NCBI GenBank assembly: GCA_044375265.1 | Contig: JBILMY010000001.1 | Span: 1 to 32,756 of the forward strand | DNA: 32,756 bases | Direction of reading: 5' to 3' | DNA from: Gammaproteobacteria bacterium | GTDB lineage: Bacteria > Pseudomonadota > Gammaproteobacteria > JABDGN01 | Translations under genes and position numbers: made by a program | The notes under the pieces: model-generated | The model's database searches: none | Told to the model about the DNA's origin: nothing | What the model saw: the letters and a program-made list of their open reading frames with translations, nothing else | Part shown: positions 16,883 to 29,942 of the stretch, in pieces | Layout of the letters: every line of letters starts with the position of its first letter | Numbering within the stretch: the first letter of the stretch is position 1

Positions 16883-16892
16883 TCGCCTTCAC

Positions 16893-16969
16893 GCGCCCGT
16901 AGCTCAGCTGGATAGAGTACCTGGCTACGAACCAGTAGGTCGGGAGTTCGAATCTCTCCGGGCGCGCCA
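16893..16969 (+). tRNA. tRNA-Arg (anticodon ACG)
   Basis: It forms a 77-nt cloverleaf: GCGCCCG-TA-GCTC-AGCTGGATA-GAGT-A-CCTGG-CTACGAA-CCAGT-AGGTC-GGGAG-TTCGAAT-CTCTC-CGGGCGC-G-CCA. It is close to my recollection of E. coli tRNA-Arg(ACG). There is one C/U mismatch at 27:43 and one G-U in the T stem, and CCA is encoded. Confidence 0.92.
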
Positions 16970-16979
16970 TCTTACTATT

Positions 16980-17537
16980 ATGATCTATTTTTTCTACGCT
17001 TTACTTCTGATTGTTTTTCATCATCCGGAATTTATTAGTTTCCCTTTGGTGGGATTTGCATTACGAGTTACCGTCACCCCCGCGCAGGCGGGGGCCCATG
17101 GACCCCTGGATTCCCGCTTTTGCGGGAATGACGTAATATCGATTCTCGCCATCACAATTATCTTCCCTTGGCTTTTATATGTCCATTACCCCGTGCCTTG
17201 GTCAGAAATTATAATGCTGACGTTATTTATGTTAAGTGGCATTAGTATAATTATGGGAATGGATTCCCGCCTGCGCGGGAATGACGGACAAGGGAAGTAT
17301 CTTTTAGCAAGTATAATTTTTTTCTGGGCTTGGATGAATCTCGAAACCTTTATGAGCGGGATGCTGTATCCCAAGACGATGACAGGGTTTATGGAATGCT
17401 ATGTGATGGCGCTGCCGTTTTTAAAAAACAGCCTTATTGCGAATGCGCTGTGCTTTTTTTCTTTTCAGGATTTTCGCGAAAAACAATTACCGTTTTTCCG
17501 ACTATCTGCACCAAGAGTGCTTGATGTTCGGCAATAA
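16980..17537 (+). CDS. Questionable small membrane protein ORF (185 aa) carrying two in-frame family A elements
   Basis: ATG at 16980 lies 11 nt after the tRNA. There are four hydrophobic segments, and the ORF stays open through the repeats at 17072-17132 and 17259-17286. The last 104 nt run antisense to yhbY, which lowers confidence. Confidence 0.3.
   Translation: MIYFFYALLLIVFHHPEFISFPLVGFALRVTVTPAQAGAHGPLDSRFCGNDVISILAITIIFPWLLYVHYPVPWSEIIMLTLFMLSGISIIMGMDSRLRGNDGQGKYLLASIIFFWAWMNLETFMSGMLYPKTMTGFMECYVMALPFLKNSLIANALCFFSFQDFREKQLPFFRLSAPRVLDVRQ
17072..17132. repeat. Family A double-hairpin element, copy 2
   Basis: The sequence is cgtcacccccgc-gcag-gcgggggcccatggacccctggattcccgc-tttt-gcgggaatgacg. 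Compared with 6868-6929 the stems are identical, both loops differ, and there are two changes in the segment between the hairpins. Confidence 0.85.
17259..17286. repeat. Family A single-hairpin unit (atggattcccgcctgcgcgggaatgacg)
   Basis: It is the reverse complement of the unit in ileS (cgtcattcccgcgcaggcgggaatccat). Confidence 0.8.
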
Positions 17538-17727
17538 TTTCTTCTGCCATAATTTGAATAACAGCGCGATCGTCCGTCGCGATTTTTATTTTAATGAGTT
17601 CATGCGCGGTGAGCGCAAAATTAATTTCTTTGTGGACTTCAGCAGTGAGTCCTTTTTTAGCACCAATTAAAATCACGGGATTTAAATGGTGGGCTTTTTT
17701 TCTTAAGAGATCAATTTGTTTGTTCAT
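17434..17727 (-). CDS. yhbY: RNA-binding protein YhbY (CRM/CRS1-YhbY domain)
   Basis: LRKKAHHLNPVILIGAKKGLTAEVHKEINFALTAHELIKIKI...QIVGKTVIVFR parallels my recollection of E. coli YhbY. Length is 97 aa. Confidence 0.85.
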   Translation of the reverse strand: MNKQIDLLRKKAHHLNPVILIGAKKGLTAEVHKEINFALTAHELIKIKIATDDRAVIQIMAEEIIAEHQALLVQIVGKTVIVFRENPEKKKSTAHSQ

Positions 17728-17737
17728 AGATTAAGTA

Positions 17738-17789
17738 CCCCTCACCCGTTGACTTCGTCACCGACCTCTCCCGCAAAGGGAGAGGTGAA
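17738..17789. repeat. Family D element, intergenic copy between mreB and yhbY
   Basis: The sequence is cccctcacccgttgacttcgtcaccgacctctcccgcaaagggagaggtgaa. Compared with the ileS copy, one stem pair of the middle hairpin covaries (T:A here, C:G in ileS). Confidence 0.85.
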
Positions 17790-17815
17790 ACTATAATTAA
17801 AATACCTTATTAATA

Positions 17816-20295
<2,480 letters not shown>

Positions 20296-20299
20296 AGTT

Positions 20300-23200
20300 C
20301 TACCCTATTTGATTTAACGCTGCACGTAAAGCTTCTTCAACAGACTCAGGCGCATTATCCATCCCCATTGCATCAGCAGCTCTGCGTAAGAGACGTTTGC
20401 GTTTAATTTCCGCATGATGCGCAAGTCCGCTTCCTGCAGGAATAAGACGTCCCACCATCACGTTTTCTTTAAGACCTCTGAGTTCATCCACTTTACCGGT
20501 CACGGCCGCTTCCGTCAAGACACGCGTGGTTTCTTGGAAAGAGGCAGCTGATAAGAAGGATTCTGTTGACAGAGAAGCTTTGGTAATACCTTGCAATAGA
20601 CGCTGATAGTTTGCAGGCGCTTGTTTTTCACTCACGGCTTTATCATTTTCAGCAAGAACATTGCCAAGCTCAACTTGCTCGCCTTTCAAGAGTTTGGTAT
20701 CACCTGAATTTTCAATCAAGACTTTACGCAACATTTGACGAATGATAACTTCAATATGTTTATCATTGATCTTGACGCCTTGTAAGCGATAGACTTCTTG
20801 CACTTCATTGATTATATAATCTGCAAGGGCTTCTACGCCCTGTAAGCGTAAGATGTCATGCGGATTCAAAGGGCCGTCAGAAACAACTTCACCTTTTTGA
20901 ATATGCTCACCTTCAAACACGTTCACTTGACGCCATTTAGGAATGAGAATTTCATGCGCAACGCCTTGTTCTGTCGTAATGAGTAAACGGCGTTTATTGC
21001 GTGTGTCGCTACCGAAACTGACGATACCGCTGATCTCTGCAAGCACTGCAGGATCTTTAGGTTGACGTGCTTCGAAGATATCTGCAACACGTGGCAGCCC
21101 CCCGGTAATATCGCGGGTTTTGGCTGACTCTTGTGGAATACGTGCAATGGCATCACCCACAGAAATTTTCGCGCTGTCTTCTAAGCTTAAAGTTGCATTC
21201 GATTGCAGGAAATAATGCGCAGGAATTTGTGTGCCTGCAATTTTTAAATCCTGTCCTTTAGCATCGACAAGTTTAACCATCGGACGTAAATCTTTACCGG
21301 CGTTAGATCGCTGCGCAGGATCGATAACTACGATCGTGCTAAGGCCTGTGAGTTCATCGGTTTGTCTATCGATGCTTAAGCCTTCGATCATATCCATGAA
21401 TTTCACGGTACCCGCCACTTCTGTAATAATCGGATGCGTATGCGGATCCCATTCAGCCACTACAGTGCCTGCATCAATTTTTTGTTTATCTTTGACAGAA
21501 AGCTCTGCACCATAAGGCACTTTATAACGCTCTCTTTCACGGCCTTGTTCATCCATCAATAAAAGTTCACCCGAGCGTGATACGCTGACAAGTTTACCGT
21601 TACTGCGGGTCACCGTTTTCATATTCATGAGGCTCACTGAACCTTTATTTTTCACGCGAATATGATTATCAACGCTGGATGCAGAAGCGGCTCCCCCGAT
21701 GTGGAACGTTCTCATGGTCAGCTGTGTTCCAGGTTCACCAATCGATTGCGCGGCGATAATTCCTACCGCTTCGCCTTCATTCACTAAATGGCCACGCGCT
21801 AAATCGCGCCCATAACAGTTGGCACAAAGTCCATAGCGTGTTTGGCACATAATGGGGCTTCGTACACTGACTTGATAAATACCAGATTCTTCGATGAGGT
21901 GCACCATTTTTTCATCAAGAACCGCGCCTTTAGCAGCAATCATTTTATTGCTACCAGGCACTAAAATATCTTCCAGTGCTACACGTCCTAAAATACGATC
22001 CGCCAGAGGCTCAACCACGTCACCGCCTTCAATATTAGGCGTCATGACAAGTCCTTTCGTCGTACCGCAATCATCTTCAGTGATAACCACATCTTGCGAT
22101 ACATCCACCAAACGGCGCGTCAAGTAACCTGAGTTCGCTGTTTTCAGTGCGGTATCGGCAAGACCTTTTCGCGCACCGTGGGTTGAAATAAAGTATTGTG
22201 ATACATTCAAACCTTCACGGAAGTTCGCAGTAATCGCCGTTTCAATAATGCTACCATCCGGACGCGTCATAAGTCCCCGCATACCAGAGAGCTGACGCAT
22301 TTGTGCAGCAGAACCCCGCGCACCTGAGTCTGACATCATATACACTGAATTGAAGGATTCTTGTTTAACCGTATCACCTTTGGCATTTTTCACATACATC
22401 GTTGACAGATTTTCCATCATCGATTTAGCCACTTGCTCATTGGCACGCGACCAAATATCAATGACTTTACTGTAACGTTCCCCTGCGGTCACGAGTCCAC
22501 TGTTATATTGTGTTTCAATATCTTTGATTTCTTTTTCTGCAGCAGCAATAAGCGCATCTTTTTCTGCAGGAATTTCTAAATCATCAATACCGATAGAAAT
22601 ACCCGATACGGTAGCAAATCGGAAACCCAAATACATGAGTTGATCGGCAAATACGACGGTCGCTTTCACCCCGAGTTCACGATAGCAATAATCGAGCAGT
22701 TTAGAAATCGATTTTTTCTTCATCACGGTATTGGCAAGTGCGAAAGGGAATCCTTCGGGCAGAATTTCAGCGAGAAGCGCGCGACCCACAGTCGTGTCGA
22801 CCATCACTTTTTTCAGCATGTCTTTTTTATCGACACCGGGCAGACGCACTTTGATTTTGGCATGGAGTTCTACTGCGTGGCTATCGTAGGCACGACGCAC
22901 TTCAGCGATATCGGCAAATATCGAACCTTCCCCTTTGCCATTAATTTTTTCACGCGATAAATAATACAGTCCCAAAACCACGTCTTGCGTAGGAATAATA
23001 ACGGGATCGCCGTTAGCAGGGGACAATACGTTGTTCGTGGACATCATCATGGCACGCGCTTCTAATTGCGCTTCTAAAGTCAGGGGCACATGCACGGCCA
23101 TTTGGTCACCGTCAAAGTCGGCGTTATACGCTGTACACACGAGCGGATGTAATTGAATCGCTTTACCTTCTATCAGTACAGGTTCAAAGGCTTGAATCCC

Positions 23201-24529
23201 TAAACGATGGAGTGTAGGCGCGCGGTTTAATAAAACGGGATGCTCGCGAATAACGTCATCTAAAATATCCCAGACCACAGATTCTTCACGCTCTACCATT
23301 TTTTTTGCAATCTTGATGGTTGTTGCAAGTCCACGTTCTTCGAGCTTACTGAAAATAAAGGGTTTAAATAATTCGAGCGCCATTTTTTTCGGCAGTCCGC
23401 ATTGATGCAAACGCAAAGTAGGACCCACGACGATAACCGATCGGCCTGAATAATCTACACGTTTACCCAAAAGGTTTTGACGGAAACGTCCGCCTTTTCC
23501 TTTGATCATATCCGCGAGTGATTTTAACGGACGACGGTTAGAGCCAGTAATTGCACGGCCACGGCGACCATTATCAAATAAAGCATCGACCGCTTCTTGC
23601 AGCATCCTTTTTTCATTGCGCACGATAATTTCAGGCGCATTGAGTTCGAGTAATCTTTTTAAACGATTGTTACGGTTGATGACACGACGATAGAGATCGT
23701 TCAAATCAGACGTGGCAAATCGGCCTCCATCCAGTGGCACCAATGGGCGAAGTTCTGGTGGCAATACGGGTAATACTGTCATGACCATCCACTCGGGTTT
23801 GTTGCCGGAGGTTTGAAAGGACTCGAGTAATTTTAAGCGTTTCCCTAATTTTTTGAGTTTAGTCTCAGAATCAGTGCTTTCCAATTCTTCACGAATCGTT
23901 TTGATTTCATCTTCAAGATCAAGGCCTTGAAGCAAGAGTTGAATCGCTTCAGCGCCCATTTCCGCTTTGAAGTCAGAGCCATACATTTCCAAAGCTTCCA
24001 CATACGTTTCTTCGGTCATGAGCTGGCCTTTAGGGTACGGCGAAGAGCCGCCATCAACCACGATATACGCTTCGTAATACAGCACGCGTTCAACTTCACG
24101 CAAAGTTAAATTCAGCGCAAGTGCAATACGAGAAGGCAAGGACTTTAAGAACCAGATATGCGCAACGGGCGCAGCAAGGTCAATATGACCCATACGCTCA
24201 CGACGCACTTTCGTTAATGTGACTTCAACACCACATTTTTCACAAATCACACCGCGGTGTTTTAAGCGTTTATATTTACCGCACAAACATTCATAATCTT
24301 TGATCGGTCCAAAAATTTTAGCGCAGAAGAGTCCATCACGTTCAGGACGCAGCGTACGATAATTAATCGTTTCAGGTTTTTTCACTTCCCCAAAAGACCA
24401 TGACAGAATCTTTTCAGGAGACGCAAGTCCCGTGCGGATCACATTGAATACGTTCTCTCCTAAAAATTGAGGAATAGACGTATGCGTTTTCACCGCATTA
24501 TTTTTTAAAAACTGATCTAAATAGCTCAT
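20300..24529 (-). CDS. rpoC: DNA-directed RNA polymerase beta' subunit
   Basis: It has the Zn-binding [20 protein letters not shown] and the catalytic [12 protein letters not shown]. At 1409 aa it appears collinear with my recollection of E. coli RpoC. Confidence 0.98.
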   Translation of the reverse strand: MSYLDQFLKNNAVKTHTSIPQFLGENVFNVIRTGLASPEKILSWSFGEVKKPETINYRTLRPERDGLFCAKIFGPIKDYECLCGKYKRLKHRGVICEKCGVEVTLTKVRRERMGHIDLAAPVAHIWFLKSLPSRIALALNLTLREVERVLYYEAYIVVDGGSSPYPKGQLMTEETYVEALEMYGSDFKAEMGAEAIQLLLQGLDLEDEIKTIREELESTDSETKLKKLGKRLKLLESFQTSGNKPEWMVMTVLPVLPPELRPLVPLDGGRFATSDLNDLYRRVINRNNRLKRLLELNAPEIIVRNEKRMLQEAVDALFDNGRRGRAITGSNRRPLKSLADMIKGKGGRFRQNLLGKRVDYSGRSVIVVGPTLRLHQCGLPKKMALELFKPFIFSKLEERGLATTIKIAKKMVEREESVVWDILDDVIREHPVLLNRAPTLHRLGIQAFEPVLIEGKAIQLHPLVCTAYNADFDGDQMAVHVPLTLEAQLEARAMMMSTNNVLSPANGDPVIIPTQDVVLGLYYLSREKINGKGEGSIFADIAEVRRAYDSHAVELHAKIKVRLPGVDKKDMLKKVMVDTTVGRALLAEILPEGFPFALANTVMKKKSISKLLDYCYRELGVKATVVFADQLMYLGFRFATVSGISIGIDDLEIPAEKDALIAAAEKEIKDIETQYNSGLVTAGERYSKVIDIWSRANEQVAKSMMENLSTMYVKNAKGDTVKQESFNSVYMMSDSGARGSAAQMRQLSGMRGLMTRPDGSIIETAITANFREGLNVSQYFISTHGARKGLADTALKTANSGYLTRRLVDVSQDVVITEDDCGTTKGLVMTPNIEGGDVVEPLADRILGRVALEDILVPGSNKMIAAKGAVLDEKMVHLIEESGIYQVSVRSPIMCQTRYGLCANCYGRDLARGHLVNEGEAVGIIAAQSIGEPGTQLTMRTFHIGGAASASSVDNHIRVKNKGSVSLMNMKTVTRSNGKLVSVSRSGELLLMDEQGRERERYKVPYGAELSVKDKQKIDAGTVVAEWDPHTHPIITEVAGTVKFMDMIEGLSIDRQTDELTGLSTIVVIDPAQRSNAGKDLRPMVKLVDAKGQDLKIAGTQIPAHYFLQSNATLSLEDSAKISVGDAIARIPQESAKTRDITGGLPRVADIFEARQPKDPAVLAEISGIVSFGSDTRNKRRLLITTEQGVAHEILIPKWRQVNVFEGEHIQKGEVVSDGPLNPHDILRLQGVEALADYIINEVQEVYRLQGVKINDKHIEVIIRQMLRKVLIENSGDTKLLKGEQVELGNVLAENDKAVSEKQAPANYQRLLQGITKASLSTESFLSAASFQETTRVLTEAAVTGKVDELRGLKENVMVGRLIPAGSGLAHHAEIKRKRLLRRAADAMGMDNAPESVEEALRAALNQIG

Positions 24530-24544
24530 CGTTACTCTCCAAAA

Positions 24545-27500
24545 TTATTCGTCTGTAAGCTCAAGTTCCATATCAATGGCCAGAGCTCTTATCTCTTTGG
24601 TCAATACATTAAAGGATTCAGGAATGCCTGTATCCATTTGGTAATTACCATCCACGATATTTTTGTACATGCGGGTACGTCCTGTAATATCATCCGATTT
24701 CACGGTTAACATTTCTTGAAGCGTATAAGCTGCGCCATAAGCTTGCAGCGCCCACACTTCCATCTCACCAAAACGTTGGCCCCCGAATTGTGCTTTACCA
24801 CCTAAAGGTTGTTGTGTCACCAGACTGTAAGAACCTGTTGAACGGGCATGCATTTTGTCATCGACCAAGTGATCGAGTTTCATCATATACATATACCCTA
24901 CCGTCACAGGGCGATCAAACGCTTCTCCTGTGCGGCCATCATATAACATGCTTTGACCATTGTTAGGCAGCCCCGCAAGTTCCAATAATTTTTTCACATG
25001 CGACTCTTCAATACCGTCAAAAACAGGTGTTGCAATAGGCACACCGTCTTTTAAGTTATTGGCTAAATCCATGATAGCCACATCAGACATCGCAGTAAAA
25101 TCAACTTTTTCATTGCCGGTTGTGTTATAGATGCGATCCAAAAGGGTACGCATTTTGGCTACAGTATGATGCGCTTTGATCGCCACATCAATTTGTTTGC
25201 CGAGCCCCTTGGCCGCAAAACCTAAATGCGTTTCTAAAATTTGTCCAACGTTCATACGCGATGGCACCCCGAGCGGATTTAAAATAATATCCACTGGTGT
25301 TCCATCTGCCAAGTGCGGCAAATCTTCCACAGGAACAATATTGGAGACTACCCCTTTATTTCCGTGGCGGCCTGCCATTTTATCACCTGGTTGAATACGA
25401 CGTTTCACTGCCAAGTAGACTTTCACAATTTTAATCACGCCAGGCGATAAATCATCCCCTTGTGTAATTTTTTTGCGTTCCAGCGCAAATTTAATTTCGT
25501 GATCGCGGCGAAGCTCTTTGATTTTAGATTCCGCTTCTTCCAATTTTTTATTGTGTTTTTCTTCTTTAAAGCGAATGTCAAACCATTTATCTTTGGCAAG
25601 CTCTGTCAATTTCTCACGCGTAACGGTATCGCCTTTTTTAAGACCAGCACCACCTTCTACGGCCTGTCCCACAATCGCGTTGAATAAACGTTGATACACG
25701 TCATTTTCTAAAATGCGGAATTCATCGTTTAAATCTTTTTTAACAGCATCGAGTTTTTCTGCTTCAATGGCTAACGCACGTTTATCTTTTTCAAGACCTT
25801 CGCGCGTGAAAATTTGTACATCGATCACAGTACCTGACATACCTGAGGGTACGCGCAGTGAAGTATCTTTCACATCAGACGCTTTATCACCGAAAATCGC
25901 ACGCAAAAGTTTTTCTTCGGGCGTTAATTGTGTTTCACCTTTGGGCGTCACTTTACCGACCATCACGTCCCCTGCATTGACTTCAGCACCAACAAAAATC
26001 ACACCACTTTCATCAAGTTTAGCGAGCATCGTTTCGCTGATGTTCGGAATATCACTCGTGATTTCTTCTTCACCAAGTTTCGTATCACGCGCGACGCAAG
26101 TCAGCTCTTCGATATGAATACTGGTGTAGCGATCTTCTTCGACTAAACGTTCAGATAATAAGATAGAATCTTCAAAGTTATAGCCGTTCCAGGACATAAA
26201 TGCCACGAGTAAATTTTGCCCGAGTGCAAGTTCGCCTAAATCCGTAGAAGAACCATCGGCAAGCACGTCTCCTGCTTGAATCACATCACCCACGCGAACG
26301 AGTGGGCGCTGATTCATGCAAGTATTTTGGTTAGAACGGGTATATTTTAAAAGATTATAAATATCTACCCCGGATCCACGATCTTCAGATTCATGTGCTC
26401 TCACAACGATACGGCTTGCATCAACAGCATCGACCAGGCCGGCACGTTTAGCAATCACAATAACGCCTGAGTCACGGGCTACGAGACGTTCCATACCAGT
26501 TCCGACAAGCGGTTTTTCCGCACGTACCGTCGGCACGGCTTGACGTTGCATGTTAGATCCCATGAGTGCACGGTTGGCATCATCATGTTCCAAGAAAGGA
26601 ATGAGAGAAGCTGCAACCGATACGGGTTGCTGCGGCGCGACTTCGATATAATCAATTTTTTCTAATGGCACAATCAGCGTGTCACCTTGGTGACGTGCGG
26701 CCATCATTTCATCTTGAATAACGCCTTTTTTATCAATAGTCACTGTGGCTTGTGCAATATAGTGATCGCCTTCTTCAATCGCCGATAAATAATGCACTTC
26801 ATCGGTCACTTTACCTTTGACCACCGGATGAAAAGGTGTCTCCAAGAAACCATATTCATTGGTCCGCGCATACACAGCTAAAGAGTTAATGAGTCCAATG
26901 TTTGGACCCTCTGGGGTTTCAATCGGACATAAACGACCATAGTGTGTGGGATGTACGTCACGTACTTCAAAGCCTGCACGTTCACGCGTCAAACCGCCTG
27001 GCCCTAATGCAGAGACACGGCGTTTATGCGTAATGCCTGATAAAGGATTGACTTGATCCATAAATTGCGACAATTGTGATGAACCAAAAAATTCTTTGAT
27101 AGTCGCTGAAATAGGTTTAGAATTGATCAAATCTTGCGGCATAAGATTATCGGATTCTGCTAAATTCAGGCGCTCTTTGACCGCGCGCTCGACACGCACA
27201 AGTCCTAAACGGAATTGATTCTCAGTCATTTCCCCCACTGAGCGAATACGACGATTGCCCAAGTGATCGATATCATCGACTGATCCAAGACCATTCCTGA
27301 TTTTCACAATTTCTTTCATCACATCGACGATATCCTCACGCGTTAATACGCTGAGACCTTCATCGGTTTGTCTTCCCAAACGACGATTAAATTTCATGCG
27401 ACCCACTGCCGATAATTCATAGCGATCTTTATCAAAGAATAAACCATGAAAGAGTTGATCCGCTGATTCTTTTGTCGGTGGCTCACCCGGACGCATCATG

Positions 27501-28633
27501 CGATAAATTTCAACCTGCGCTTCTAATTGATTACGTGTGGTATCAATTTTTAAGGTATCTGAAATATAAGCACCTTTATCGATATCATTCACATAAATGG
27601 TATAGACAGTTTCAATGCCATTTTTACGCATTTTTTTAATAAGCTCTTCAGTCACTTCTGCATTGACGTCGGCTAAAATTTCACCCGTTACAGGGCTCAC
27701 CACAGGCTTAGAAATAACTTTCCCAACGAAATAGGTATCAGGAATTAAAAGACGTTTGATGCCCGCTTTTTCAAATTCACGAATATGTTTTACCGTAATA
27801 CGTCGACCTTCTTCCACGAGTAAATTACCGTGATTATCTTTGATATCAAACGAGGCCATTTCACCTTTTAAACGTTCAGGCACAAGTTCCAATTCAATAC
27901 CTTCTTCGCGAATATGATACACATTCATGTCAAAGAACAAATCAAGAATCGCTTCATTGTTATAACCTAGCGCGTGAAGTAACACAGTCGCGGGTAATTT
28001 TCTACGGCGATCTACACGTGCAAATAAGCAATCTTTGGGATCAAATTCAAAATCGAGCCATGAGCCGCGATAAGGAATCACGCGCGCTGAAAATAAAATC
28101 TTGCCGGAAGAATGTGTTTTACCGCGATCATGATCAAAGAATACACCGGGTGAACGATGAAGTTGTGATACCACAACCCGCTCGGTTCCATTGATGACAA
28201 ACGTTCCGTGTGCAGTCATTAAAGGAAGCTCGCCCATGTAAACATCTTGCTCGCGCACTTCTTTCACTTTGCGGTTTTTTTCACTCGAGCCTTCTCTATC
28301 AAAAATAATCAGTCGCATTTTCACGCGCAGTGATACGCCGTAGGTCAGCCCGCGAACACGACATTCTTGTTCATTAAAAAGAACTTCTCCTAAGTTATAA
28401 CTGATAAATTGCAATTCAGCACTGCCAGAGTTACCAACAATGGGAAAAATACTGTTAAAAGTAGCCTGTAATCCTTCATTTTTTCTATCGTGCGCAGGTA
28501 CATCGCGTTGTAAAAACTTTTTATAAGAGTCAACTTGGATTGCCAGTGAATAAGGTGCTTCTAATGTAGCAGCGCCTTTCTTCCCGCAATTTTTACGAAT
28601 TCGTTGGTTTCGAGTATTTAATGTTAACGGCAT
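24545..28633 (-). CDS. rpoB: DNA-directed RNA polymerase beta subunit
   Basis: [29 protein letters not shown] is the Rif region, and NMQRQAVP and [13 protein letters not shown] are present. Length is 1362 aa. Confidence 0.98.
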   Translation of the reverse strand: MPLTLNTRNQRIRKNCGKKGAATLEAPYSLAIQVDSYKKFLQRDVPAHDRKNEGLQATFNSIFPIVGNSGSAELQFISYNLGEVLFNEQECRVRGLTYGVSLRVKMRLIIFDREGSSEKNRKVKEVREQDVYMGELPLMTAHGTFVINGTERVVVSQLHRSPGVFFDHDRGKTHSSGKILFSARVIPYRGSWLDFEFDPKDCLFARVDRRRKLPATVLLHALGYNNEAILDLFFDMNVYHIREEGIELELVPERLKGEMASFDIKDNHGNLLVEEGRRITVKHIREFEKAGIKRLLIPDTYFVGKVISKPVVSPVTGEILADVNAEVTEELIKKMRKNGIETVYTIYVNDIDKGAYISDTLKIDTTRNQLEAQVEIYRMMRPGEPPTKESADQLFHGLFFDKDRYELSAVGRMKFNRRLGRQTDEGLSVLTREDIVDVMKEIVKIRNGLGSVDDIDHLGNRRIRSVGEMTENQFRLGLVRVERAVKERLNLAESDNLMPQDLINSKPISATIKEFFGSSQLSQFMDQVNPLSGITHKRRVSALGPGGLTRERAGFEVRDVHPTHYGRLCPIETPEGPNIGLINSLAVYARTNEYGFLETPFHPVVKGKVTDEVHYLSAIEEGDHYIAQATVTIDKKGVIQDEMMAARHQGDTLIVPLEKIDYIEVAPQQPVSVAASLIPFLEHDDANRALMGSNMQRQAVPTVRAEKPLVGTGMERLVARDSGVIVIAKRAGLVDAVDASRIVVRAHESEDRGSGVDIYNLLKYTRSNQNTCMNQRPLVRVGDVIQAGDVLADGSSTDLGELALGQNLLVAFMSWNGYNFEDSILLSERLVEEDRYTSIHIEELTCVARDTKLGEEEITSDIPNISETMLAKLDESGVIFVGAEVNAGDVMVGKVTPKGETQLTPEEKLLRAIFGDKASDVKDTSLRVPSGMSGTVIDVQIFTREGLEKDKRALAIEAEKLDAVKKDLNDEFRILENDVYQRLFNAIVGQAVEGGAGLKKGDTVTREKLTELAKDKWFDIRFKEEKHNKKLEEAESKIKELRRDHEIKFALERKKITQGDDLSPGVIKIVKVYLAVKRRIQPGDKMAGRHGNKGVVSNIVPVEDLPHLADGTPVDIILNPLGVPSRMNVGQILETHLGFAAKGLGKQIDVAIKAHHTVAKMRTLLDRIYNTTGNEKVDFTAMSDVAIMDLANNLKDGVPIATPVFDGIEESHVKKLLELAGLPNNGQSMLYDGRTGEAFDRPVTVGYMYMMKLDHLVDDKMHARSTGSYSLVTQQPLGGKAQFGGQRFGEMEVWALQAYGAAYTLQEMLTVKSDDITGRTRMYKNIVDGNYQMDTGIPESFNVLTKEIRALAIDMELELTDE

Positions 28634-28663
28634 CTTTTAACCCCAGAGGAATAATATTGTCAT

Positions 28664-28709
28664 GACAAAAGGGCAAAGGCATTATCTTTATTATCGATAA
28701 TGCTTTGCC
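28664..28709 (-). terminator. rplL-rpoB intergenic hairpin plus U-run (probable attenuator)
   Basis: On the minus strand it reads GGCAAAGCATTATC-gataataaa-GATAATGCCTTTGCC (14 bp with one bulge), followed by CTTTTGTC. Its position matches the known partial terminator between rplL and rpoB in E. coli. Confidence 0.5.
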
Positions 28710-28729
28710 ACCCTTGCCTTAATGTCAGC

Positions 28730-29098
28730 TTACTTAATTTCAGCTTTAGCACCAGCTTCTTCAAGCTTTTTCTTGATCGCTTCTGCGTCCGCTTTAGGCG
28801 CAGCTTCTTTCACAGTAGAAGGAACACCTTCTACGAGATCTTTAGCTTCTTTTAAACCAAGACCTGTGAGTTCACGAACGACTTTAATGACGTTGACTTT
28901 GTTTTCACCAAAGCTTGTCATCACGACATTAAATTCAGTTTTTTCTTCCGCAGCAGCGGCAGCAGCTGCAGGTGCAGCAGCAACAGCAGTTGCTACAGCA
29001 GCAGTTACACCGAATTTATCTTCCATCGCTTTAACAAGTTCCACCACTTCCATGACGGAAAGTTGTGAAATGTCATCTAATATTTTTTGAACAGACAT
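28730..29098 (-). CDS. rplL: 50S ribosomal protein L7/L12
   Basis: It has an Ala-rich hinge and the C-terminal domain [22 protein letters not shown]. Length is 122 aa. Confidence 0.97.
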   Translation of the reverse strand: MSVQKILDDISQLSVMEVVELVKAMEDKFGVTAAVATAVAAAPAAAAAAAEEKTEFNVVMTSFGENKVNVIKVVRELTGLGLKEAKDLVEGVPSTVKEAAPKADAEAIKKKLEEAGAKAEIK

Positions 29099-29134
29099 TG
29101 TTTGTCTCCTAAATAAGTTAATTAAAAATTTATG

Positions 29135-29653
29135 CTATTGCTTTTTTTCTTGCAGTGCATACACGGTACGCGTTAATTTGGCTACAGGCTCTTTGATCGT
29201 TCTTGCCAATTGCGCAATCGGTGCTTTCATCACCGACATCAATTGAGAGAGCGCTTCATTGAGCGTAGGTAATTTTGCAATCGACTCTAACTGCGTCGCG
29301 GCATATAAAACGCCACCAACGACTAAAGCTTTCACTTCAAGCTTGTCATTCGTTTTTGCAAAATCACGGATTAAACGCGCTGCAGCGGAAGGTTCACTGG
29401 AAAAAGCGAGAATTACAGGTCCGGTTAAAGACTCTGTCATACAAGCAAACCCAGTGTTTTTTACACCCAAACGCGCAAGCGTGTTACGTACTACTTTAAT
29501 ATAAACGCCAGATTTCCGCGCCAAGACGCGAAGCTCTGTCATTTGTGCAACAGATAAACCTCGATAATGCGCTACCACTGCAGAAACGGATCCTGAAGCG
29601 ACTTCAGCAACCTCTGCAACAATAGCTTGTTTATTTTCAAGTTTTAATGGCAT
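29135..29653 (-). CDS. rplJ: 50S ribosomal protein L10
   Basis: It is 172 aa and lies between rplA and rplL. VAEVASGSVSAVVAHYRGLSVAQMTELR is typical of L10. Confidence 0.93.
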   Translation of the reverse strand: MPLKLENKQAIVAEVAEVASGSVSAVVAHYRGLSVAQMTELRVLARKSGVYIKVVRNTLARLGVKNTGFACMTESLTGPVILAFSSEPSAAARLIRDFAKTNDKLEVKALVVGGVLYAATQLESIAKLPTLNEALSQLMSVMKAPIAQLARTIKEPVAKLTRTVYALQEKKQ

Positions 29654-29822
29654 TAAAAAACCACCTCATCTGTTAATAGGGGTGACTGGTTAGAATCACC
29701 GTCTGCGTAGGATTTATAGTCTGGCACTGAAAATCAGTACTTTTCCTACCTACGGTCTTCGACAGTTGCGTGAAAAAAACTTTGAAATTTCTTTCACACG
29801 TACCGTCAAAATCGTTTTTTTC
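29654..29822 (-). promoter_or_regulatory. Structured rplJ 5' leader (candidate L10(L12)4 autoregulatory leader)
   Basis: The minus strand contains nested stems CGTAGG...CCTACG and GGTGA...TCACC, then the SD GAGGTGG before the ATG. In E. coli the L10 operon is regulated through such a leader. I did not verify the motif fold. Confidence 0.35.
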
Positions 29823-29931
29823 ACCCCCCTTAATAAGGGGGGAAATTGGCGTAGCCAATGGGGGGATTTTTATAGCACGGATTTTTAAATCCCCCAGTCG
29901 ACTTACGTCGACAGCCCCCTTGTTAAGGGGG
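29823..29931. repeat. Family C composite palindromic element, copy 3, 11 nt downstream of the rplA stop
   Basis: Module order is ccccccttaataagggggg, attggc-gta-gccaat, GGGGGGA, an AT core, TCCCCC, gtcgac-ttac-gtcgac, then cccccttgttaaggggg. It is the reverse complement of copy 2 with only a few substitutions. Confidence 0.85.
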
Positions 29932-29942
29932 CGTAAAATGCA

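Noticed and set aside
16854-16979. The N-terminal 42 codons of track ORF 16854-17537.
   Set aside because: This stretch starts with TTG inside the tRNA promoter -35 box and translates straight through tRNA-Arg (…APVAQLDRVPGYEPVGREFESLRARH). It is an ORF-finder artefact. Only the part from ATG 16980 is considered, and with low confidence.
14982-17537. A genomic island or prophage integrated at tRNA-Arg.
   Set aside because: There is no integrase, no phage or conjugation genes, and no direct repeat of the tRNA 3' end that I could find. The odd AT-rich gene lies on the 5' side of the tRNA rather than at the usual 3' attachment side. Only the weaker statement of an orphan gene with atypical composition is retained.
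28722-29090. A 122-aa plus-strand ORF that exactly mirrors rplL. Other long antisense ORFs of the same kind are 276-662, 8053-8448, 18964-19497, 19721-20032, 25713-26117, 30630-31034 and 21231-21515.
   Set aside because: All lie antisense inside confidently identified conserved genes (rplL, MFS, fabG, lpdA, rpoB, rplK, rpoC). They have low-complexity or implausible composition. They are shadow ORFs typical of the reverse strand of well-conserved genes.
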